A stretch of 64,000 bases of DNA from Thermoanaerobaculia bacterium. GTDB lineage: Bacteria; Acidobacteriota; Thermoanaerobaculia; Multivoradales; Multivoraceae. Numbering within the stretch: the first letter of the stretch is position 1; the number at the start of each line of letters is the position of its first letter. The notes beneath the pieces are model-generated. The model saw nothing but the letters and a program-made list of their open reading frames with translations. It was not told the DNA's origin and made no database searches. Location of the stretch: contig OY761158.1 in the NCBI GenBank assembly GCA_963664405.1, forward strand, positions 5,280,001 to 5,344,000, written 5' to 3'. The translations under genes were made by a program, and so were the position numbers. Below are positions 57,224 through 64,000 of this stretch, piece by piece.

Positions 57224-58779
57224 GCTTCGATCCTCCGCTTACTGGCTTCTATCTCTACTAGAGGTTGCGCCAAATCCAGCCACTGACTGAGGGCAGGTCG
57301 AGTCGCGCGGGGGTCGAGGAGATCGTGAACTGAAAACGACTCCGCCCGCGGGAAGGGGCTTCGCCCTTTGGCCATGTTCTCTTCGAGCTCGCGGCGCTTC
57401 GCCTCCGGGTCTGGAGCCGCGGCGATCTCCCGACGGAAAGCGACTGCGACGCCTCCTTCGATCGGCAACGCTCCGCTCTCGGCAGAGGGCCATGCGAAGA
57501 CGTGCCCCTGGTTCCCGAAGTGCGCGGCGGCGGCCACTCCGTAGGCTTTGCGGATGTGCACACTCGCCCATGGCACGGTGGACTCGACGGTCGCAACGAT
57601 GGCTTCAACGCCGTAGCGAATGGTGCCGGCCGCTTCCGACGCCGAACCGATCATGAAGCCGGGCTCGTCGACGAAGCTCAGGATCGGCAGGTGAAAAGTC
57701 TGGCAGAGGTTGATGAAGCGGCGCACCTTCTGGCAGCCTTCCGCGCCCATCGCTCCGCCCAGAAACTTTGGGTCGTTGGCGAATATGCCGACTGTGTAGC
57801 CGTTGAGGCGCGCGAGACCGGTGATCTGCGAGCGTCCATACATCGGACTGATCTCGAAGAAGGAGTCGAGGTCGACAACCAAGGAGAGCAGTCGTCGCAT
57901 GTCGTAGAGACGCCGCCGGTCGCGAGGAACGATGCCGAGGAGCTCCTCCTCGCGGCGATCCGCTCCGTCGCCGCTCTTGGGCGTGGATCTCGGGGGTAGC
58001 TCTCCGGCTCGAGTGGGGAGGTAGGAGAGAAAACGACGTGTGACTTCGAAGACGTCGTCTTCATCTTCGGCGAGGTAGTCGACGACTCCGCTGCGGGTGT
58101 GGACCTCCGGACCGCCGAGCTCTTCTTTGGTTTTCTTCTCTCCGAGGGCGCGCTCGACCAGAGCCGGCCCGCCAATGAGCACCTGGGAGGTCTTGCGAGT
58201 CATGATCGCTAAATGAGAGGCGGCCAGTCGTGCCGCCGGTAGGCCGGCGACCGCCCCCATCGCCGCGGACACAACCGGTGCCGTGCGCAGGGTCCGAGCC
58301 ATCGAGGAAAATCGTGATGTCGTAAACACGGGCGAGCCGCTCATCTGCTGCCCGGAGCCTTTCGCGGCCCCGCGAACGCTTCCCCCGCCTCCTTCGAGAA
58401 ATCGAACCAGTGGGAGTCGGAAGCGCAGAGCGATGTCCTCGGCGTACACGCTCTTGCGCAGCCCTGCAGGATTCGGCGATCCACCACGTTGCGTGTAGTC
58501 CTCGCCTCCCATGACGCAGGGGCGGCCTTCGACTTTGCCGACGCCGATGATGTAGTTCGCCGGGCTGAACGAGGTCAACTTGCCGTTCTCGTCAAGCTCT
58601 CCGAAGCCGGCTTGCGGCCCTTCTTCCTGAAAAGTACCGGGATCCGCCAGACGCTCGACCCGCTCCCGGACGGTAAGCCGGCCGAGCGAATGTTGCCGCT
58701 CGACCGCCTCGGCGCCGCCAAGCTCTTGTGCCAGCTCCTTGCGCCGAGCGATCTCATCAACCTCAGGCTGCCATGTCAT
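57220..58779 (-). CDS. Acyl-CoA carboxylase carboxyltransferase (beta) subunit
   Basis: GRLTVRERV, GGPALV..EELGG, VDEPGFMIG and RKAYG motifs. Confidence 0.9.
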   Translation of the reverse strand: MTWQPEVDEIARRKELAQELGGAEAVERQHSLGRLTVRERVERLADPGTFQEEGPQAGFGELDENGKLTSFSPANYIIGVGKVEGRPCVMGGEDYTQRGGSPNPAGLRKSVYAEDIALRFRLPLVRFLEGGGGSVRGAAKGSGQQMSGSPVFTTSRFSSMARTLRTAPVVSAAMGAVAGLPAARLAASHLAIMTRKTSQVLIGGPALVERALGEKKTKEELGGPEVHTRSGVVDYLAEDEDDVFEVTRRFLSYLPTRAGELPPRSTPKSGDGADRREEELLGIVPRDRRRLYDMRRLLSLVVDLDSFFEISPMYGRSQITGLARLNGYTVGIFANDPKFLGGAMGAEGCQKVRRFINLCQTFHLPILSFVDEPGFMIGSASEAAGTIRYGVEAIVATVESTVPWASVHIRKAYGVAAAAHFGNQGHVFAWPSAESGALPIEGGVAVAFRREIAAAPDPEAKRRELEENMAKGRSPFPRAESFSVHDLLDPRATRPALSQWLDLAQPLVEIEASKRRIEA

Positions 58780-58883
58780 CGAAGTGGAATGATAACCGCC
58801 CGCCGCCCGCCGGGAAAGGTATATCCCCACTTGCGCCGGTTCACTTCGCCGGCCCCTGCGGAGCGATGTATCATGCCACTTCC

Positions 58884-60122
58884 ATGCAGATCTTTGCTTT
58901 CCAGGGTTTCCGATTCAGTCGCAAGGCGGGCAACGCTGGTCGGCTCGCGGCTCCTCCATTCGACCAGATCGACGATGGCCTGCGAGACGAGCTGCACGCG
59001 ATCTCCCCCAATCAGTTCTCTTGGTTCACGCGCTCACTTGCCAAGGGCGGGGAAGATCCCTATCAGACGGCTGCCTTCACTCATGCGAAGTGGATCGAGG
59101 ATGGGGTCGTGGCTCGCGATCGTGAGCCGGCCCTCTACCCTTATGTCATCGAAAGTGAGAGCGAGGGCCGGCAGTTGGCCTTGTGCTGCTGCATCGACGT
59201 CGGAAGCCCCGAGCGAAGTGTACTTCGACCCCACGAACAAACGGTCGAAAAACCTCTAGCTGACCGTCTTGCACTATTGCGTTGCACTCATATCGACCCC
59301 GAGCCGGTGATGCTCCTCGCCGATGACGATGGCGCTCTCGACGCCATCCTCGAAGAGGATCTGGCGGGTCTGGAGCCACTTGTCAGCCATCTAGACAAAG
59401 ATGGTTATCGGCATAGCGTCTTCCGGATTAGCTCTCCCGAAAAAATCGAGCATTACAAGGTGGCGCTGGCGGGGCGGAGTGCGACGATCGCGGACGGCCA
59501 CCATCGTTGTAAGACGGCACAGCTCTTCGCTCGTGAGGTCGGGGCGCGAGAGGGCACGGCCGCTGCAACCAAGATGGCGGTGCTCTTCAGTCTGCGGTCG
59601 AGATCACTGCTCATCAATCCGGTACATCGGGGAGTTCGGGTAGCTGTCTCATCCATGGCTTTGGCGGGCAATGCAGTGAAGCGCCGCCCCTTCTCTCACG
59701 GGGGTGGGGAGTATCTTGCCGCAGAGGTCGCCGCAGGCTTGCAGCCGAGCCTCGGTGTTTGGTGTCGAGGCTCGGCTCCGGAGATCTGGGAGCTCGACGC
59801 GGCAGCGGCCCCCGCCGGCGCGCCTCAGCTCGCCGCCGACCTCTCGGTCGTTCTACTGCACTATCTCCTTCTCCCTTCGGCGGGTGTCGATCTTGATGCG
59901 GCGATCGACGGGAGCATCCTCTACCGAGCCGATCCGGAGGATCTGTTCGCCATGGTGGACCGGGGAGACGTCGAGGCGGGCTTCTGGTTGCCCCCCATGG
60001 ATGCCGAGGCCTTCGCTCGCGCGGTCAGCGCCGGCGACCTTCTGCCGCCCAAGTCCACGCGCTTCCTCCCCAAACTCATCTCCGGCCTGGTCTGGTCTGG
60101 GCATGACGGCGAGCTACTATGA
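58884..60122 (+). CDS. DUF1015 family protein
   Basis: APPFDQI, PHEQT, IADGHHR and PPKSTRFLPKL motifs. Confidence 0.88.
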   Translation: MQIFAFQGFRFSRKAGNAGRLAAPPFDQIDDGLRDELHAISPNQFSWFTRSLAKGGEDPYQTAAFTHAKWIEDGVVARDREPALYPYVIESESEGRQLALCCCIDVGSPERSVLRPHEQTVEKPLADRLALLRCTHIDPEPVMLLADDDGALDAILEEDLAGLEPLVSHLDKDGYRHSVFRISSPEKIEHYKVALAGRSATIADGHHRCKTAQLFAREVGAREGTAAATKMAVLFSLRSRSLLINPVHRGVRVAVSSMALAGNAVKRRPFSHGGGEYLAAEVAAGLQPSLGVWCRGSAPEIWELDAAAAPAGAPQLAADLSVVLLHYLLLPSAGVDLDAAIDGSILYRADPEDLFAMVDRGDVEAGFWLPPMDAEAFARAVSAGDLLPPKSTRFLPKLISGLVWSGHDGELL

Positions 60123-60125
60123 GCT

Positions 60126-60491
60126 ATGCCTACGACCTCCGATGAGGACGGCACGCCGGTAGTCCATTTCGACGTCAGACTCGAGATCTCTCCTTTTCTC
60201 GTCTTTCGCCGCTTGCGCGATGGAAAGCCGTTGGCTTTGGTCGATGTCCGAGCCGACCCGCAGGGTCATACCCTCGCAGGCGCCGAGCGATGGAGCTCCG
60301 ATTGGCAACCGCCGGCCGACCGACAGGTCGTCCTCTTCGACGAGGACGGCTCGCTAGCCATCCCCCTTGCAGAGCGCTTCCAAGAGCAAGGTCACGCCCA
60401 CGTCAAGGCCCTCTTCGGCGGTCTCGAGCTATGGAAGTTCTCTCTCGATCCCAAAGTCGTCGGCGCGGAGACCTTCTTGGTAGAGATCTAG
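60126..60491 (+). CDS. Rhodanese-like domain protein lacking the catalytic Cys
   Basis: LVDVR, GA and LFGGLELW motifs; Asp at the active-site loop (LFDEDG). Confidence 0.7.
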   Translation: MPTTSDEDGTPVVHFDVRLEISPFLVFRRLRDGKPLALVDVRADPQGHTLAGAERWSSDWQPPADRQVVLFDEDGSLAIPLAERFQEQGHAHVKALFGGLELWKFSLDPKVVGAETFLVEI

Positions 60492-61186
60492 GTTGCGGTC
60501 GAAGTCGTCGCCACCGCCTGTTCACCCTTCATCACCCAGCCGTCTTGGAGGTGGATGACTCGGTTGCCGTAAGAGGCGTTGCGCTCGGAGTGGGTGACCT
60601 GGACGATCGTCGTTCCCTGCTCGTTGAGGCTCTTGAAGAGCTCCATGATCTCTTGGGCCTGGCCGGAGTGGAGGTTGCCTGTTGGCTCGTCGGCGAGGAT
60701 CACTCGGGGAGTGGTGATGATTGCTCGAGCTACGCCTACCAGCTGTTGCTGGCCCCCGGATAATTGGTTGGGGAAGAGGTCTTTCTTGCCGACGATCTGA
60801 AATCGGTCGAGGGTGTCGGCGACAAGGCTCTGGCGCTCGTGGCGCTTGAAGCCGCGATAGGTCAAAGGCACCTCTAGGTTCTCGTAGACGGTCATCTGGT
60901 CGAGGAGGTGGTAGCTCTGGAAGACGAAGCCGAGGCTGCGCTTGTGCAGCGCGTTGCGGTGCTTCGCTTTGAGCTTGTGGACCGGTTCGTCGTCGAACCA
61001 ATACTCACCCTCCCAGGCGCTGTCGAGCATGCCGAGAATGTGGAGGAGGGTCGATTTCCCCGCCCCCGAGGGCCCCATGATGGTTACGAAGTCGCCCTCG
61101 GCAATCTGCAGGTCGATTTGGCGGAGTACGTAGCTTCGACCGTGACCCGATTCGTAGTACTTCTCGAGGTTCTGCAGCCGGATCAT
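60488..61186 (-). CDS. ABC transporter ATP-binding protein (LolD/MacB type)
   Basis: GPSGAGKS, LSGGQQQ and ADEPTGNL motifs. Confidence 0.92.
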   Translation of the reverse strand: MIRLQNLEKYYESGHGRSYVLRQIDLQIAEGDFVTIMGPSGAGKSTLLHILGMLDSAWEGEYWFDDEPVHKLKAKHRNALHKRSLGFVFQSYHLLDQMTVYENLEVPLTYRGFKRHERQSLVADTLDRFQIVGKKDLFPNQLSGGQQQLVGVARAIITTPRVILADEPTGNLHSGQAQEIMELFKSLNEQGTTIVQVTHSERNASYGNRVIHLQDGWVMKGEQAVATTSTAT

Positions 61187-61908
61187 CAGTTGATGTCGTT
61201 CTCGGTCGCGTTCTCGACTTTAGTTGCGTCTTCGACGATGCGACCGTCGAAGAGTCGAATCGTGCGCTCCGCATAGCTAGCATATCGCGGGTCGTGGGTA
61301 ACCATGCAGATCGTGGCGCCACCCGCATGAAGCTCCTTCATCAGACCCATCACCGCTTCGCCGTTGGTGGAATCGAGATTTCCTGTCGGCTCGTCGGCAA
61401 GCAAGATCGAGGGGTCGCCGACCACCGCGCGAGCGACAGCAACGCGCTGCTGCTGGCCTCCCGATAGTTGGGCCGGGTAGTGCTTCATTCGATGCGACAT
61501 TCCCACTCGCTCTAGTGCTTCCTGAACGCGGGTCTTGCGCTCAGCCGACGGTGTTCCTCGGTAGGTGAGCGGGAGCTCCACGTTCTCGTAGACGGTGAGA
61601 TCACCGATGAGATTGAAGGCCTGAAAGATGAAGCCGACCTCCCTGTTTCGGATTCGCGCTCGCTGCGACATGCTGAGGTCGGCCACCGCCTGACCGTTGA
61701 GCGTGTACTCTCCTTCGCTGGGTGAGTCGAGGAGGCCGAGGATCGAAAGCAGGGTCGATTTTCCGCACCCCGAAGGACCGGCGATGGAGAGGTATTCGCC
61801 CCGGTTGATCTCCAGATGAACTCCCGACAGAGCGTGGGTCTCGACCTCTTCGGTGTAGAAGACCTTGTTGACCGACTGCAGATGGATCAGACCTTCCGAA
61901 TTACTCAT
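61186..61908 (-). CDS. ABC transporter ATP-binding protein (LolD/MacB type)
   Basis: [16 protein letters not shown] and ADEPTGNLD motifs. Confidence 0.92.
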   Translation of the reverse strand: MSNSEGLIHLQSVNKVFYTEEVETHALSGVHLEINRGEYLSIAGPSGCGKSTLLSILGLLDSPSEGEYTLNGQAVADLSMSQRARIRNREVGFIFQAFNLIGDLTVYENVELPLTYRGTPSAERKTRVQEALERVGMSHRMKHYPAQLSGGQQQRVAVARAVVGDPSILLADEPTGNLDSTNGEAVMGLMKELHAGGATICMVTHDPRYASYAERTIRLFDGRIVEDATKVENATENDIN

Positions 61909-61968
61909 GGTTTTGGGACTACCTCAGTTCTCGCTGGTTCTCGGTTGCTCTTTATCTGGGTCGGCGGC

Positions 61969-63222
61969 TCAGTCGAGGCGGATGCGGTCGTAGTCCTCGT
62001 ATTGGGAGATATCGGAAAGGATCACTTCATCCCCGGCTTCGAGCCCGCGCAGGATCTCGATGGTATTCACCGAGCTCTTACCCAGCTCGACTGGCACTCG
62101 TAGAGCGATGTCGCTGTTTGCCTCGAGGCGGAAGAGGGTGATCCTGGAGTTGGACTGCCCGTACGCGGGGCGTCCTACGTAGAGTACGTCCTCGAGCCGC
62201 TCGATCTCGATGGTTCCGTCCACGCTCAGATCAGGCCTGGCACCCCTCGGAAGCTCCCCGACCAGCGCCACGTCGACGGTAACGGTACCTTCCCGCACTG
62301 ACGGGTCGATCCGAGAAACGATGCCCTCGATGAGACCGTTTCGAGTGTCGATGCTCGCTAGCTGGCCGACGGCGATGTCTTTGGCCTGGGTCTCGGCAAT
62401 CCTCAGCTCGGTCTTCAGCTTCTCGGGCTGAACGACGATGGCGAGTGTTGTGCCTGAGGGCACGTTCTCACCAATCTCCACCGGAACCTCTTGGAGCACG
62501 CCGCGTAGGCCCGGCCGTACCTGTAAGGCGTCTAGCTGCTGGCGCCGCAGCCTATGGAGCGCTCGTTTCTGTTCCAGGCGGGCCTCCTGGGAGGCGATCT
62601 GAGCTTGCGCCGACTTGACGGCGATCTCCAGGCGTTGCTTTTCGATCGAGTTACGATTCGCTAGCTCATCGGCCTTCAGGTTCGAGAGCTTCAAGGTGAT
62701 CTCAGGTATCAGACCATCCTTGCGCAGCTGTGTGTCGGCCTCCGCTTGAAGCACCGCCTGGCGGTACTCGGACTCTAACTGAGCAGCGGTAGCCCGATTG
62801 TTGAGAAGCTCGCTGTCGAGGCGAATCTCGAGATCGGCCGACTCCGCCTCCGCGGCTCGCAGCGCGAGCCCGGCATCTTCGGTCGACTGTGCCAGCTCGG
62901 GGTTGCTGAGGTGGAGAATTACGCTGTCTGGCTCGACGTTGGCTCCGGGCAAGAGCAGCTTTCGGTCGACGGTGCCCGGAGTGGACAGAGCGATGCGTCG
63001 GATCTCCTCGGGCACGAGAGTGCCTGGGCCGCGCACCCGTCTAAGCATCTCACCGCGTTTGACGGTGTCGAGCCAAACCGTCGCTCGGTCCACCCTGGGA
63101 GCGGCCGGCTCCAGCCGATAGAGGGCCATGGTGACGAGGCTGAGAACGGCAATGCCAAGGACGCCGTAGACGATCCGCTTTCGGCGTTTGGCTTCAGCTA
63201 CACCCTCTCGTTTGACGTCCAT
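61969..63222 (-). CDS. HlyD/MacA-type periplasmic adaptor subunit
   Basis: N-terminal TM helix, VRGPGTLVP, coiled coil, RPDLSVDG and GLEAGDEVI motifs. Confidence 0.88.
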   Translation of the reverse strand: MDVKREGVAEAKRRKRIVYGVLGIAVLSLVTMALYRLEPAAPRVDRATVWLDTVKRGEMLRRVRGPGTLVPEEIRRIALSTPGTVDRKLLLPGANVEPDSVILHLSNPELAQSTEDAGLALRAAEAESADLEIRLDSELLNNRATAAQLESEYRQAVLQAEADTQLRKDGLIPEITLKLSNLKADELANRNSIEKQRLEIAVKSAQAQIASQEARLEQKRALHRLRRQQLDALQVRPGLRGVLQEVPVEIGENVPSGTTLAIVVQPEKLKTELRIAETQAKDIAVGQLASIDTRNGLIEGIVSRIDPSVREGTVTVDVALVGELPRGARPDLSVDGTIEIERLEDVLYVGRPAYGQSNSRITLFRLEANSDIALRVPVELGKSSVNTIEILRGLEAGDEVILSDISQYEDYDRIRLD

Positions 63223-63302
63223 CGCTGATCAAGCATATCTCGGCGGCGCCGGCCTGGCCGCCACCACCGTTGTCCTAGTCATCACTCCGTACGATCTTGA
63301 GG

Positions 63303-63329
63303 TACGTCGTTTAGGGCCGGAAGGTTTTC
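63303..63329 (-). promoter_or_regulatory. Candidate ECF-sigma promoter for the efflux operon
   Basis: Minus strand GAAAAC-N17-CGTA about 80 bp upstream of the ATG. Confidence 0.35.
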
Positions 63330-63363
63330 TGAACCCCCGGGTCGTCCCTAGCTGATCCCGCGT

Positions 63364-63771
63364 CTAGAGGGTGACCACTTGGCCGGCGCGCTCGATCATC
63401 CGAGAGAATGACTGCCAGCCGAGGATGGCGTCGACCCTGGCTTGAACCGTAGCGTTGTCGAGCCCGAGGATGCGTACCGAGGCGCTGCAGGCGTATACGC
63501 GGAGCGTCTGCTCGCTGCGGCCGGTCTCGAGCATCGAGCTCAGCGGCGGAAGGCCCAGCTCGACCAGCCGATCCTTGACGATCGGCGGCTCCGGGTTCAT
63601 CAGATCCCACTCTTCGTCGACCCACGCCGCGAGCGCGGAGAAGAAAAGAGCGATGTCTACGGTTTTTCCCGCGGCGACTTCACTCGCTGCCAACGAAGAG
63701 ATCTGAAATCGCCTCTCCCAGGAGCCGGCGTGCGCAAGAATCAGTAGGTTGCCGTTGCTAGAGGCGCTCAG
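63364..63771 (-). CDS. DsrE/DrsE-like protein, probable CTG start
   Basis: LLILAH..VDIALFFSAL..RVYACSAS pattern. No ATG/GTG/TTG between the korB stop and the domain; CTGA overlap with the korB stop. Confidence 0.6.
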   Translation of the reverse strand: MSASSNGNLLILAHAGSWERRFQISSLAASEVAAGKTVDIALFFSALAAWVDEEWDLMNPEPPIVKDRLVELGLPPLSSMLETGRSEQTLRVYACSASVRILGLDNATVQARVDAILGWQSFSRMIERAGQVVTL

Positions 63772-64000
63772 ATGACGGCGCCGTTCTCGTCTACCTGCCA
63801 GGTGTCGCCCGAGTGGATCAGGTCCTCGAGGTGTCCGGGGCCCTGACGCTCTTCCTGTTCGTGGATCTGAGCGACGACGCCACTTTCGTAGGACGGTTTC
63901 TCGACCCGTCGGAAGACGCCGAGAGGCGTCGGACGATCGGGCCCTTCCAAGTGAGCCATGACGAAGGCCAGCGCGGGGTTGTCGCGGTCCTGGTCCCACA
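63768..64000 (-). CDS. korB: 2-oxoacid:ferredoxin oxidoreductase beta subunit, C-terminal fragment
   Basis: PTPLGVFRRVEKPSYE...LEDLIHSGDTWQV C-terminus. Confidence 0.75.
   Translation of the reverse strand, partial: WDQDRDNPALAFVMAHLEGPDRPTPLGVFRRVEKPSYESGVVAQIHEQEERQGPGHLEDLIHSGDTWQVDENGAVI

Overview
GC-rich bacterial chromosomal window. The gene content (Ser/Thr kinase with a TolB-like propeller, HlyD plus tandem ABC ATPases, sulfatase-like lipoprotein) suggests Acidobacteriota, which is inference only. From left to right it holds: a four-ORF IS21-family element whose end abuts an 84-bp repeat array; the tail of a liv-type ABC operon; tRNA-Pro(CGG); a surface-glycan modification locus (interrupted GT-C gene, sxtIJK-like carbamoyltransferase trio, sulfatase-like protein); a thiolase with an HMGS-like/DUF35 fusion; two orphan LivK-like lipoproteins; a hidden UGSC-type selenoprotein (in-frame TGA plus SECIS-like hairpin) with a thioredoxin-domain partner; a form II cox (coxG-S-L-M-D-E, xdhC, mocA) cluster interleaved with two ThDP enzymes; a sulfite/nitrite reductase operon; an RHH/S41 peptidase operon; an IS110 element; an efflux operon; and the 3' end of korB. 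In the IS110 element, both junction sequences can be read as guide-like segments in its upstream non-coding (bridge RNA) region. A modular REP/BIME-like repeat family with covarying hairpins occurs at four or five loci. Several genes missed or split by the ORF track were recovered by hand: the ORF after istB, the selenoprotein, an nrtS-like gene and a DsrE-like gene with probable CTG starts, and a RidA remnant. All family assignments come from motif recognition, with no database searches.
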